A stretch of DNA of 32,000 nucleotides, taken from the NCBI RefSeq assembly GCF_000757865.1, contig NZ_CP007754.1, forward strand, positions 420,001 to 452,000, read 5' to 3'. This DNA comes from Prochlorococcus sp. MIT 0801 (GTDB lineage: Bacteria; Cyanobacteriota; Cyanobacteriia; PCC-6307; Cyanobiaceae). This document shows, piece by piece, positions 22,773-32,000 of this stretch (its first letter is position 1; each line of letters opens with the position of its first letter). The notes beneath the pieces are model-generated. The model was not told where the DNA came from. It was given only the letters and a program-made list of their open reading frames with translations, and ran no database searches. The position numbers were made by a program, and so were the translations under genes.

Positions 22773-22907
22773 ATGAATTACACAGCTAGCCTTTTTGCTT
22801 TGGGGGGCTTCTTTTTGTGGGTTGTTATCGCGACACTTATATGGGCAAGAAGAATGAGAAAACTTAAAAAAGAATATTCTCTAAATAAATCAAAGTTCAA
22901 AAATTAA
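22773..22907 (+). CDS. hypothetical tiny membrane protein (44 aa)
   Basis: My own translation gives MNYTASLFALGGFFLWVVIATLIWARRMRKLKKEYSLNKSKFKN, a TM helix plus a basic tail. It starts 12 nt after the transporter stop. Confidence 0.3.
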   Translation: MNYTASLFALGGFFLWVVIATLIWARRMRKLKKEYSLNKSKFKN

Positions 22908-22996
22908 TTGATACATCATTTTTCATCTTTAGATACATATTTATCAGTGAAAATTATTAAAGATTATGTATGATTAATTAACTATCAAGAAGAGTA

Positions 22997-23257
22997 ATGA
23001 AAGGTGTTTTGTTTTTTTTAGGTTCTATCTTTAGATGGCCTGTTCAAAATAGTAAAGAATTTTTGATTCTGCATGTTTATCTTTTAGGGATTTATGGAAT
23101 AACTTTTTTGCTAAGAAACTTAGGTTTAGAAGTGTCTAATCTTATTTTTACTGTTGGACTAATGGCTCCAATCGGTTATCTAATCTATAATGGTCTGCCT
23201 TTAGATTGTCTTGATTATAAGTCTGCAATTAAAAGAGAATTAAGTTCTCTAAATTAA
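22997..23257 (+). CDS. hypothetical membrane protein (86 aa)
   Basis: ORF track with 2-3 hydrophobic segments. No motif recognised. Confidence 0.4.
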   Translation: MKGVLFFLGSIFRWPVQNSKEFLILHVYLLGIYGITFLLRNLGLEVSNLIFTVGLMAPIGYLIYNGLPLDCLDYKSAIKRELSSLN

Positions 23258-23284
23258 ACAATAATGGTTAATTAGAAAGTTAAT

Positions 23285-23530
23285 TTATAAAACTTGTATT
23301 ACCTCGCTAACCTCCGGAATCATTTCCCTTAGTTTTCTTTCAATACCCATTTTTAAAGTCATTGTGCTACTAGGGCAACTTCCGCAAGCCCCCTGAAGTC
23401 TAACTTTGACGATTGGTCCATCTATTTCAGCTATCTCTACATTTCCTCCATCAGCCATCAGAAAAGGTCTTAATTCATCAAGAACCTTTTCAACGTTTTC
23501 TGTCGTCAGTGCAAGAGTTTCGTCGCTCAT
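23285..23530 (-). CDS. nfu: NifU C-terminal-domain (Nfu-type) Fe-S cluster scaffold protein
   Basis: 81 aa with [16 protein letters not shown]...[16 protein letters not shown], the Nfu CxxC signature. Confidence 0.9.
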   Translation of the reverse strand: MSDETLALTTENVEKVLDELRPFLMADGGNVEIAEIDGPIVKVRLQGACGSCPSSTMTLKMGIERKLREMIPEVSEVIQVL

Positions 23531-23568
23531 TTCGATTTACTTAATTTAATTTTGCTTAGCTTAGTTAA

Positions 23569-25095
23569 TTGCAGGATAGTCTGTATGTAATCTTGATAAA
23601 GATTTTGTTTAATACCGGCACTCCAGATTCAGAAAATACTTATGACGCAATATTAGTAGGTGCAGGAATCATGAGCTCAACTCTTGCAGTACTTCTGCAT
23701 GAGCTTGAGCCGGATTTACGGTTGTTGGTTGTTGAAAAACTATCTTCTGCTGGCTTGGAAAGTAGCTGCGCTAAGAATAATGCTGGAACAGGACATGCTG
23801 CTAACTGTGAGCTTAATTACACTCCAATCCAAGAGGATGGCCAACTTAGTACTACCAAAGCTTTTGAAATAAATAAATCCTTTGAGCAAAGCTTAGAATT
23901 TTGGGCATCTTTGGCAGAAAAAGGGAAATTGATACCAAAAACTTTTTTAAATAAGTTGCCACACATCAGCCTTGTCTTTGGAGATGAGGATATTTCTTTG
24001 CTTAAAAAAAGGTTTTCTAAACTTAGTTCTCATGCCGCTTTTGCCAAAATGGAATTCACTATGGACCATTGTGAATTACAAGATTGGATTCCATTGATTA
24101 TGGATGGTAGGAAACAGAGTGAGAAGATTGCCGCGACAAGAATTAAAAGAGGTACTGATATTGATTTTGGCAATTTAACTCGCTCATATATCAATCAAAT
24201 TGAAGGAGCAAAATCTATTGATATTAACTACTCTACTAATGTTGAAAATCTTCAACAAGATAGTGAAGGAGATTGGTATTTATCTTTAGAAGGAGCCAAA
24301 AAAAATAGAATTGTTAGATCAAAGTTTGTTTTCCTGGGGGCAGGTGGAGGAGCTTTATCCCTTTTGCAAAAATCGAGAATTCCAGAAGGCTTGTTATATG
24401 CAGGATTCCCTGTTAGCGGCAAGTGGTTGATTTGTGATGAGGAGAAATCAACAAAAACACATAATGCAAAGGTTTATGGAAAGGCAGCAGTTGGAGCCCC
24501 GCCAATGTCAGTCCCGCACTTAGATACAAGATGGATAGATAAAAAAAAATCTCTTTTGTTTGGTCCTTTCGCAGGATTTAGTTCAAATTTTTTAAAATAC
24601 GGATCAAAGTTGGATTTGTTTAGATCAATCAAAACAACTAATCTTTTCTCAATGTTGCAAGCAGGATTAGACAATATAGACTTAGGAAAATACTTGTTAA
24701 ATCAATTAATACAAACAAATGAGGATCGAATAAATACTTTAAAAAGATTTCTTCCTCAGGTTTCACCTAATGATTGGAAGCTTTCAACTGCAGGACAGCG
24801 TGTTCAAATAATTAAACAAACCTCTAAAGGTGGTGTTTTAAAAATGGGGACAGAAGTGGTTACTTCATCAGATGGATCTTTAGCTGCTTTGCTTGGTGCT
24901 TCTCCGGGCGCAAGCACAGCAGTAACAATCATGATTGAAGTTCTAAACCGCTGCTGGAAGGAAAAAATGAAATCAAGTAAATGGAAAAATAAAATGTTAG
25001 AGCTTTTCCCCAGTATTGGTACAGATATTAATTCAGATCAAGAAGCTCTTTTGGCAATTCGAAAAAGAAACGATTTCTTACTTAAATTAATTTAA
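23569..25095 (+). CDS. mqo: malate:quinone oxidoreductase
   Basis: FAD fold YDAILVGAGIMSSTLA. The conserved motifs are NAGTGHAANCELNYTP, GKAAVGAPPMSVPHLDTR and LLGASPGASTAV. The track start is a TTG and the real start is probably a few codons downstream. Confidence 0.9.
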   Translation: MQDSLYVILIKILFNTGTPDSENTYDAILVGAGIMSSTLAVLLHELEPDLRLLVVEKLSSAGLESSCAKNNAGTGHAANCELNYTPIQEDGQLSTTKAFEINKSFEQSLEFWASLAEKGKLIPKTFLNKLPHISLVFGDEDISLLKKRFSKLSSHAAFAKMEFTMDHCELQDWIPLIMDGRKQSEKIAATRIKRGTDIDFGNLTRSYINQIEGAKSIDINYSTNVENLQQDSEGDWYLSLEGAKKNRIVRSKFVFLGAGGGALSLLQKSRIPEGLLYAGFPVSGKWLICDEEKSTKTHNAKVYGKAAVGAPPMSVPHLDTRWIDKKKSLLFGPFAGFSSNFLKYGSKLDLFRSIKTTNLFSMLQAGLDNIDLGKYLLNQLIQTNEDRINTLKRFLPQVSPNDWKLSTAGQRVQIIKQTSKGGVLKMGTEVVTSSDGSLAALLGASPGASTAVTIMIEVLNRCWKEKMKSSKWKNKMLELFPSIGTDINSDQEALLAIRKRNDFLLKLI

Positions 25096-25179
25096 AACTT
25101 TAGTACTGGTGAGCTATATTTAATTTTTATTCAGAGTTGAATTGATAAATGAAGATCTTGCTCCTTTAATTGCTTTCGT

Positions 25180-26991
25180 ATGACTAATGTGCCCATTTCT
25201 CGTCTGAGGAACTTCTGCATAATTGCTCATATTGACCATGGTAAATCAACCTTGGCAGATAGGCTTCTTCAGGATACTGGCACTGTCTCCTCTAGAGACA
25301 TGCAAGAACAATTCTTGGATAATATGGACCTTGAGAGAGAGAGAGGAATAACTATAAAATTACAGGCTGCGAGGATGAATTATAAAGCGGATGATGGAGA
25401 GGAATATGTCCTGAATTTGATTGATACTCCTGGCCATGTTGACTTCTCTTATGAGGTGAGTCGATCATTACAGGCTTGTGAGGGGGCCTTGCTGGTTGTT
25501 GATGCTAGTCAAGGAGTAGAAGCTCAAACTTTGGCCAATGTTTACCTCGCCTTGGAAAATGATTTAGAAATTATTCCTGTTCTCAATAAAGTTGATTTAC
25601 CTGGAGCTGATCCTGAGAAAATAAAAAATGAAATTGAATCAATTATTGGTTTAGATACATCTAAGGCAATTTCCTGTTCTGCTAAAACAGGGGTTGGTAT
25701 TCCAGAAATACTGCAAGCAGTAGTAGATAGAATACCTTCTCCGAAAGATAATACTGATCAAGCTACAAAAGCACTTATTTTTGATTCCTATTACGACCCT
25801 TACAGAGGCGTGATTGTTTATTTCAGAATCATGAGTGGTGGCATAAGTAAGAAAGACAAGGTTTTGCTTATGTCTAGTAAAAAAAGTTATGAGTTAGATG
25901 AAATAGGTGTTATGGCACCTGATCAAGTAAAAGTAAATTCTCTTCATGCTGGTGAAGTTGGATATTTAGCTGCATCTATCAAAGCAGTTGCTGATGCGAG
26001 AGTAGGGGACACGATTACGTTGGTGAATAGACCTGCTGAAGATGCTTTGCCAGGTTATGCCGAAGCCAAACCAATGGTTTTTTGTGGATTGTTTCCCACG
26101 GATGCAGATCAATATCCAGATTTAAGAGAGGCTCTAGATAAATTACAGCTATCTGATGCTGCATTGAAATATGAGCCTGAAACAAGTAGTGCAATGGGAT
26201 TTGGCTTCCGTTGTGGATTTTTAGGTTTATTGCATATGGAAATTGTTCAAGAGCGTTTAGAACGTGAATATGATTTGGATTTAATTGTTACTGCTCCATC
26301 AGTTATTTATAAAGTGAGAATGATAGATGGAGACGTTAGGATGATCGATAATCCAGCTACACTTCCAGATCCTCAAAAACGTGAAACTATAGAAGAACCC
26401 TACGTTCGAATGGAAATTTATGCTCCCAATGACTACAACGGAACTTTGATGGGTCTTTGTCAGGATAGAAGAGGAGACTTTATCGATATGAAGTACATAA
26501 CGACTGATCGAGTTACGCTTATTTATGAAATACCTCTTGCAGAAGTTGTGACAGATTTCTTTGATCAGATGAAAAGTAGAACTAAAGGATATGCCTCTAT
26601 GGAGTATCACTTGATTGGTTATAGGGAAAATGATTTAGTCAGATTAGACGTTTTAATTAATTCAGAACGGGCAGACCCTTTAACAACGATTGTTCATAAA
26701 GATAACGCTTATGGTGTCGGGAAAGGACTTGTTGAGAAATTGAAAGAACTTATTCCAAAACAGCAATTTAAGATTCCTTTACAGGCTTCAATTGGGAGTC
26801 GAATTATTGCAAGTGAAGGTATTAGTGCTTTACGAAAAGATGTTTTGTCAAAATGCTACGGAGGAGATATATCAAGAAAAAAGAAATTGTTGAAGAAACA
26901 GGCAAAAGGGAAAAAACGAATGAAGTCTATGGGGAAAGTAGATGTTCCCCAAGAGGCTTTTATGGCTGTCTTGAAATTAAATAGTGATTAA
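25180..26991 (+). CDS. lepA: translation elongation factor 4 (LepA)
   Basis: [30 protein letters not shown] and NKVDL form the GTPase domain. The LepA-specific C-terminal domain is present ([25 protein letters not shown]). Confidence 0.98.
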   Translation: MTNVPISRLRNFCIIAHIDHGKSTLADRLLQDTGTVSSRDMQEQFLDNMDLERERGITIKLQAARMNYKADDGEEYVLNLIDTPGHVDFSYEVSRSLQACEGALLVVDASQGVEAQTLANVYLALENDLEIIPVLNKVDLPGADPEKIKNEIESIIGLDTSKAISCSAKTGVGIPEILQAVVDRIPSPKDNTDQATKALIFDSYYDPYRGVIVYFRIMSGGISKKDKVLLMSSKKSYELDEIGVMAPDQVKVNSLHAGEVGYLAASIKAVADARVGDTITLVNRPAEDALPGYAEAKPMVFCGLFPTDADQYPDLREALDKLQLSDAALKYEPETSSAMGFGFRCGFLGLLHMEIVQERLEREYDLDLIVTAPSVIYKVRMIDGDVRMIDNPATLPDPQKRETIEEPYVRMEIYAPNDYNGTLMGLCQDRRGDFIDMKYITTDRVTLIYEIPLAEVVTDFFDQMKSRTKGYASMEYHLIGYRENDLVRLDVLINSERADPLTTIVHKDNAYGVGKGLVEKLKELIPKQQFKIPLQASIGSRIIASEGISALRKDVLSKCYGGDISRKKKLLKKQAKGKKRMKSMGKVDVPQEAFMAVLKLNSD

Positions 26992-27007
26992 TAGATATTA
27001 ATATGGT

Positions 27008-27175
27008 CTATGTTTGTCTTGTAGAGCTTATTTCTATTGAATTATTTATAAACATTGAGACCTCCTGATTCCTTTTATCTTTGGTTAGGTTTGTCCATAT
27101 AAAACCTATAACTATTAATACTGCAATAGTTGTTGTGAGTTCCCCTACGGTGAGACCATCATTTTTTAAATGCAT
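27008..27175 (-). CDS. hypothetical small membrane protein (55 aa), weak call
   Basis: My own translation gives MHLKNDGLTVGELTTTIAVLIVIGFIWTNLTKDKRNQEVSMFINNSIEISSTRQT, with one TM-like segment. No other support. Confidence 0.25.
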   Translation of the reverse strand: MHLKNDGLTVGELTTTIAVLIVIGFIWTNLTKDKRNQEVSMFINNSIEISSTRQT

Positions 27176-27266
27176 ATAAAAATGTATGTATTCATTTATT
27201 TAAGCAATCTTTTTCTTTATTTCTACCTTTTACAGCTAAATTTAATTAGCTCTTATTATTTGATCA

Positions 27267-28124
27267 TTGAATTTGAGTGATTTTTTAAGACGAAAGAATT
27301 TGTCGACACGGTTATTTTTTGCTGGGCTGATAATTTTATCCATATATATATGCATCTCTATTTTTATACCACTATTAATATCTTTAAAGATTGTCCCTAA
27401 TGGTGAGTTTGGGTTGGGGAACCCGATTTTTTCGGCTCCATCCATAGATCACTGGTGTGGAACTGATCGACTAGGAAGAGATGTTTGTATTAGAACTTTA
27501 GCTGCGAGTGGAATTGCGTTACAAGTTGTTTTTGTTGCCGTATCTCTTGCCGTTCTTGTAGGAATTCCTCTGGGACTTTTAAGTGGCTACATCGGTGGGC
27601 TTTTAGATAGGGTTTTGGTTCTTTTAATGGATACTCTTTATACAATTCCTGTCCTTCTTCTTTCTGTTGTGATGGCATTTTTATTGGGCAGAGGTATATT
27701 GAATGCATCAATAGCATTGTGCGTCGTTTATATTCCTCAATATTTTCGACTTGTTAGGAACCAGACTGCACAGGTTAAATCAGAACTTTATATTGAGGCA
27801 GCAATATCAATGGGAGCCTCCCCTTTGTGGGTAATAAGAAAGTACCTCCTTAAAAATGTTCTTACTTCTGTACCTGTGGTTTTAACACTTAATGCTGCAG
27901 ATGCTGTATTAGTTCTTGGGGGATTGGGATTTCTTGGATTAGGTCTTCCTGAGAATATTCCAGAATGGGGAAGTGATTTAAATATGGCATTAGTTGCATT
28001 GCCTACTGGTATCTGGTGGACAGCGATATATCCTGGTATGGCTATGTTCGTTTTAGTACTGGGACTATCTTTTATTGGAGAAGGCTTAGAGAAAGTTATA
28101 AGTGAAACTAGTCTGCAGAATTAA
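27267..28124 (+). CDS. ABC transporter permease, DppC/OppC-like (binding-protein-dependent family)
   Basis: About 6 TM segments. The EAA loop is IEAAISMGASPLWVIRKYLLKNV and the N-terminal GTDRLGRDV motif is typical of DppC/OppC. TTG start. No partner ABC genes lie adjacent. Confidence 0.85.
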   Translation: MNLSDFLRRKNLSTRLFFAGLIILSIYICISIFIPLLISLKIVPNGEFGLGNPIFSAPSIDHWCGTDRLGRDVCIRTLAASGIALQVVFVAVSLAVLVGIPLGLLSGYIGGLLDRVLVLLMDTLYTIPVLLLSVVMAFLLGRGILNASIALCVVYIPQYFRLVRNQTAQVKSELYIEAAISMGASPLWVIRKYLLKNVLTSVPVVLTLNAADAVLVLGGLGFLGLGLPENIPEWGSDLNMALVALPTGIWWTAIYPGMAMFVLVLGLSFIGEGLEKVISETSLQN

Positions 28125-28145
28125 ATCATATTTTACATTTGGAAT

Positions 28146-28835
28146 TTAATATCTCATTTTTTTTGTTCTTGGAAGATCATCGATAATTTCTCCTTTATCA
28201 TTAAGTTCTGGATATTTTGTGCCTTCACTCTTGCACCATTGAGCAACCTCGGGGTAAGCCCACTCGAAAAGCTTTTCTTTGTATGTTTCTTTGCTCATGC
28301 CTTCCCCAGATTCAGGAACCATATTGGCTACTTGTCGTTGCCTTGTCGCCTCAAACAATAATGCCGATGCCGCAACTGATACATTCAAAGATTCAACCAT
28401 CCCTCTCATTGGAATATGAATATGCTCGTCCATTAAACTTGCTGCTTCCTCACTGATACCCCATTTCTCGGCACCTAGTACAAATGCAGTTGGCCCTTTG
28501 AAATCACATTTTCTGTAATCAATTGATCTGGGATTCAAGTTCGTTCCGTACAATTTAAACCCTTTTTCTTTAAGAACTTTTATTGCCTCGGTGGTCTTTT
28601 TATATTGGTTTATTTTGACCCACTTTTGACTTCCTTGAGCCGTACTATTAAATGTTAAAAACTTCTCTTTGTTAAAGATTGCATAGGCCTCAAGAATACC
28701 AACTGCATCACAACTTCGTATTATCGCTGAGAGATTATGAGGCTTTTCAACATTCTCAATTAATACAGTGAGATCTGAAATCCTTTTATTTAGTACTGAT
28801 TTTAGACGTTCAAAACGTCTAGTTAGGATCGGCAT
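28146..28835 (-). CDS. SpoU/TrmH-family RNA 2'-O-methyltransferase
   Basis: The SpoU motifs are NLSAIIRSCDAVG, FVLGAEKWGIS and IPMRGMVESLNVSVAASALLFE. Confidence 0.85.
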   Translation of the reverse strand: MPILTRRFERLKSVLNKRISDLTVLIENVEKPHNLSAIIRSCDAVGILEAYAIFNKEKFLTFNSTAQGSQKWVKINQYKKTTEAIKVLKEKGFKLYGTNLNPRSIDYRKCDFKGPTAFVLGAEKWGISEEAASLMDEHIHIPMRGMVESLNVSVAASALLFEATRQRQVANMVPESGEGMSKETYKEKLFEWAYPEVAQWCKSEGTKYPELNDKGEIIDDLPRTKKMRY

Positions 28836-28964
28836 TTCTAATCATATATAGAACAGTTGGTGTTCCTTAATGAGAATAGTAGAAAAGAGGGTTTAATTGA
28901 TTATGGAGAACTAAATTAAATAACTAATATTAAATTAAAGCAATTTATTGGAATATTAAATAAA

Positions 28965-28999
28965 GAAAAAGCTCCTGTCCATTGGACAGGAGCTTTTTC
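28965..28999 (-). terminator. Rho-independent terminator downstream of the porin gene (potentially bidirectional)
   Basis: GAAAAAGCTCCTGTCC-ATT-GGACAGGAGCTTTTTC forms a perfect ~16-bp stem with a GC-rich core and A/T runs on both sides. It lies about 30 nt after the porin stop. Confidence 0.85.
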
Positions 29000-29030
29000 T
29001 TTGTCTTTGAGAATTTAGGTTTCTAGTTAA

Positions 29031-30041
29031 TTAGAAGCTAAATACAGTTTCAACAACAACACCAGAGTCATCATCACCAGTATTGTCTTCTACAGTGAAG
29101 AAACCAGGAGTGATTGTGACGCTGTCGTTCACTGCATAAGTGTAAGAGACTTCAAAGCCTGTTACATCCTTATCGCTACCACCGTCAACATCAGTTTCAT
29201 TGTAAGCAGCACTTAGTGTTCCAGGACCAACTTCATAGTCGATACCGATGAATAGATCGGTTTCGTCTTTAGCTGTTCCTTCTGGATCTTTTGTGTCGTA
29301 AGCAATGCTGATAGTTGCTGGGATTGACTCAGGGGTGTAGTAGATACCACCACCAAATGTGTCATATCCAGTAGTTCCAGCTTCGCCGTCGTTAGAAGCG
29401 ATCACTAGACCACCGCCAAATCCGTCGCCGTTATAGCCAAGAGTGAATGTTGAAACATCATCACCATTGTCAGCACCGATTCCAACAGTTGAATCGTTAC
29501 CACCAACAGAAACGAAACTTACAGAAGCAACAACACCGTTGTCATTAGAGTAAGCAACACCAAGTCCAGGACCAGTTTCGCTACCAGCTAGAGAATAAGG
29601 CATGCTGCCTAGTCTGAAAGCATCTGAGTAAGCAGAAGTTGTTGCCGCAACAACATCATCTTGGTCAACCAAAGGACCAGCAGTTACTGAAAGATCGCCA
29701 ACTGGGAATGCATAGTAAAGAGATGAAACTGAAAGTGTTCCGCCACCTGTTTCAGCACTATCCATGTTCGCTAAAGGACCACTAGCATTACCAGTGATAA
29801 TTCCAGCTGTGAATAGGTCTTCGCCAGTAAAACTAGTATTTATATCAAGGCCATATGCATATTGCATATAAAGCTCTTCTTGGTTGTCTGCAGTTCCGCC
29901 GTCAGCAACTGAACCAACAGTAAAAACAGCGCTACCAGAAAGAGTTGTAGTTGATGAAAATGCAGAATCCGCATTAGCTGCAACTGGAGCCATTAGGCCC
30001 AAAGCTGCTGGAGCTACTAATAAACGTGAAAAAAGCTTCAT
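29031..30041 (-). CDS. outer-membrane beta-barrel porin-like protein
   Basis: The signal peptide is MKLFSRLLVAPAALGLMAPVAANA. The body is rich in Gly/Asp/Thr/Ser with alternating beta-strand patterns, and the C-terminus is ...VVVETVFSF (terminal Phe). I prefer the ATG at 30041 because GAGGA lies 4 nt upstream (30046-30050, minus strand). No SLH domain was seen. Confidence 0.7.
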   Translation of the reverse strand: MKLFSRLLVAPAALGLMAPVAANADSAFSSTTTLSGSAVFTVGSVADGGTADNQEELYMQYAYGLDINTSFTGEDLFTAGIITGNASGPLANMDSAETGGGTLSVSSLYYAFPVGDLSVTAGPLVDQDDVVAATTSAYSDAFRLGSMPYSLAGSETGPGLGVAYSNDNGVVASVSFVSVGGNDSTVGIGADNGDDVSTFTLGYNGDGFGGGLVIASNDGEAGTTGYDTFGGGIYYTPESIPATISIAYDTKDPEGTAKDETDLFIGIDYEVGPGTLSAAYNETDVDGGSDKDVTGFEVSYTYAVNDSVTITPGFFTVEDNTGDDDSGVVVETVFSF

Positions 30042-30244
30042 AGTGTCCTCACACATTAAAGAAGTTATATAAAATTTAACTACCTTAAGAGGAGGTTAAA
30101 AGTATCTTATGTTACACCTTTTTAGTTGGCCTACCTCCGACTATTGCTTTGAAAGTCACTGCGGTAAAAGACTTTCTGGGGGATTTGAGCTATGATTTAT
30201 TTGATACACACTTTACTGTGAACTGAATTTTTAAATAATCGCTC

Positions 30245-31582
30245 TTGAGTGGAAACCAGTCATCCATAAAAGGCTTAGATGCCAGAAAGGCTGCTTGGGA
30301 GGTTATCCAAGCAGTGGGTGGAGGTGCGTTCGCAGATGTTGCTTTGGATAGAATTTTTAATCTTTATTCCTTTAAGTCGATCGATAAAGCCTTAATAACT
30401 GAACTTTCTTATGGTGCAATTCGCCAAAGATATTTTTTAGATTGTTGGATTGATTATTTAGGGAAAGTACCCGCTAAAAAACAACCTCCTTTGTTGAGAT
30501 GGCTATTGCATCTTGGGCTTTATCAGGTTTTAAAAATGGAGAGAATGCCTCCAGCTGCTGCAATTAACACAACTGTAGAGCTTGCTAAAACTCATAATTT
30601 AAAAAAGCTGGCCCCTGTTGTTAATGGAATCTTGCGATCTGCTCTTAGAAGCAAAGAGAGAGGTCTACTGCTACCTAAATCAAATAATCCGAGTTTAGAA
30701 TTAGCTAAAAACGAATCCCTTCCTCTTTGGTTGGCAGATGAATTGATTAATTGGAAGGGAGTAGAAGATGCTAAGAAGATTGCTAAAGCATTTAATTGCA
30801 TTAGTCCTATTGACATAAGAGTGAATAAATTGCGTGCAGATTTAAAAGAAGTAAAAGAAATTTTTGATTCCTGTGGTATTCATAATCATCTGATACCAAA
30901 CTGTCCTTACGGATTGGAAGTTCAAGTTGGTGTTGGTGAACCTAGGAAATGGCCCGGTTATGTAGAAGGGAAATGGAGTGTTCAAGATAGATCTTCTCAG
31001 CTAATTTCCCCATCATTAGGACCTTTGCCTGGAGAAAAGATTCTTGATGCTTGTGCTGCACCAGGAGGAAAATCAACACATATTGCTGAATTAATCAATA
31101 ATAAGGGCGAGGTGTGGTCTGTTGATCGATCATTCAGAAGATCAAAAAAAATAATAGCCAACTCAGAGAGGCTTGGGACTAAATGCTTGCAAATATTGGT
31201 TGCTGATTCCAATGAGCTATTACTCAAAAATCCCGCTTGGAAAGGGTTCTTTGATCGAATACTTATTGATGCGCCATGCTCAGGATTGGGTACTCTTGCG
31301 CGCCACCCTGATGCGAGATGGAGAATGAACCAAGAAAATATTCAGGAGCTTGTCGCTGTTCAAAGTCATTTACTTAACTCGTTAACTCCTTTATTAAAAA
31401 GTGGAGGAACATTGGTCTATTCCACCTGTACTATTCATCCTGAAGAAAATTTCAATCAGATAAAAAACTTTCTTCAATTAAAGTCTGATTTTTTATTAGA
31501 ATTTGAAAAACAGATATGGCCTGGTGAGGAAGATAATGGAGATGGTTTTTATATTGCTGTTTTAAATAAATTAAAAAATTAA
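30245..31582 (+). CDS. rsmB: 16S rRNA (cytosine-C5)-methyltransferase RsmB/Sun
   Basis: An N-terminal NusB-like domain is followed by the SAM motif ILDACAAPGGKSTH and the catalytic motifs IDAPCSGLGTLARHPD and TLVYSTCTIHPEEN. TTG start. Confidence 0.9.
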   Translation: MSGNQSSIKGLDARKAAWEVIQAVGGGAFADVALDRIFNLYSFKSIDKALITELSYGAIRQRYFLDCWIDYLGKVPAKKQPPLLRWLLHLGLYQVLKMERMPPAAAINTTVELAKTHNLKKLAPVVNGILRSALRSKERGLLLPKSNNPSLELAKNESLPLWLADELINWKGVEDAKKIAKAFNCISPIDIRVNKLRADLKEVKEIFDSCGIHNHLIPNCPYGLEVQVGVGEPRKWPGYVEGKWSVQDRSSQLISPSLGPLPGEKILDACAAPGGKSTHIAELINNKGEVWSVDRSFRRSKKIIANSERLGTKCLQILVADSNELLLKNPAWKGFFDRILIDAPCSGLGTLARHPDARWRMNQENIQELVAVQSHLLNSLTPLLKSGGTLVYSTCTIHPEENFNQIKNFLQLKSDFLLEFEKQIWPGEEDNGDGFYIAVLNKLKN

Positions 31583-31658
31583 TCAAAGGACTTATACATA
31601 GGATGTCAACCCTTTTAAAATATTTATCATTCTAATTTTATAGAATTAAAAATTAATT

Positions 31659-32000
31659 TTATAAACTAATTAATGAACTATGGCCTATGGCTATTGCAGT
31701 TACAAGCATTCCTAAAATTAGGAATGGTTGTGCACTGGCTTGGTATTTAACGTCAAATTTTAATGGATCACGTAATAGCCATATGTCTTGAAATGTGATT
31801 TGAGGAATTATTAGTAAAACCAGAATGACAGATGCAAAATTTTGTCCTATCGCGATTAAAACTACCACCATTGCAAGCTGAAAGATATCTATCATTCCTG
31901 CACTAATACGACTTGCATTTTTAATACCAAAAACAACAGGAAGTGATTCAAGTCCTAGGCTTTTATCACCTTCCACGCTTTTAAAATCATTTATCACAGC
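31659..32000 (-). CDS. chlG: chlorophyll synthase, C-terminal part (5' end beyond window)
   Basis: (A)VINDFKSVEGDKSLGLESLPVVFG is the ChlG/UbiA-type second Asp-rich region context, followed by TM helices. The frame is open to the window edge, so the track's start codon is an artefact. Confidence 0.9.
   Translation of the reverse strand, partial: AVINDFKSVEGDKSLGLESLPVVFGIKNASRISAGMIDIFQLAMVVVLIAIGQNFASVILVLLIIPQITFQDIWLLRDPLKFDVKYQASAQPFLILGMLVTAIAIGHSSLISL

Noticed and set aside
30093-30177. A plus-strand GAGGAGG followed by a 27-aa ORF, and a GGAGGT...ACCTCC inverted repeat, upstream of the porin gene.
   Set aside because: The SD-ATG spacing is poor (~13 nt), the ORF is tiny and unsupported, and the inverted repeat is only 6 bp with a 36-nt loop. 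This region is more likely just the porin/rsmB divergent promoter.
1-32000. tRNA, tmRNA or rRNA genes and CRISPR arrays, which are often found at island borders.
   Set aside because: Visual scanning of all spacers found no GTTCRAnYC T-loop context with acceptor pairing and no regularly spaced short repeats. Only a proper tRNAscan/Infernal run could fully exclude them.

Overview
AT-rich segment (about one-third G+C by eye). Gene content (chlG, mqo, Nfu-type NifU, rpsD-yidD-murE neighbourhood, many tiny membrane ORFs, weak SD usage) looks like a marine picocyanobacterium of the Prochlorococcus type; this is an inference, no search was run. The window splits in two. Positions 16704-32000 are ordinary core genome: rpsD, yidD, a DUF836 glutaredoxin-like gene, murE, a class-V aminotransferase, a His-rich metal transporter, nfu, mqo, lepA, an ABC permease, a SpoU/TrmH methyltransferase, a porin, rsmB and partial chlG. 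Positions 1-16703 are a mosaic flexible island that abuts the 3' end of rpsD. The island carries four adjacent minus-strand genes for large exoproteins without N-terminal leaders: a serine protease on a Calx/cadherin stalk, a cadherin-like protein with an unknown domain, and two metzincin/serralysin-like proteases. All four end in the same DUF4214-type C-terminal module (LLGF[AS]ESAENKxLFTEMTG[FY][GA]-stop). Parts of that module are kept nearly identical at the nucleotide level; one 341-nt tract has a single mismatch. The island also holds a membrane-anchored SNase-like nuclease plus TPR protein pair, a photolyase/cryptochrome-family gene, an excisionase-like HTH fragment at the left edge, and several small secreted or membrane ORFs missed by the 60-aa ORF cutoff. 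Three unannotated repeat families partition the island. R1 is a ~90-nt element in three copies, all in the same orientation. R2 is a small gene plus its upstream region, present as one intact and one decayed copy, and the decayed copy runs into the rpsD stop. R3 is a small-protein gene present as one intact copy and one copy with a nonsense codon. No tRNA, rRNA or CRISPR array was recognised. The most promising candidate for an undescribed system is the shared-tail exoprotein cassette together with the repeat-bounded, recombination-prone architecture around it.
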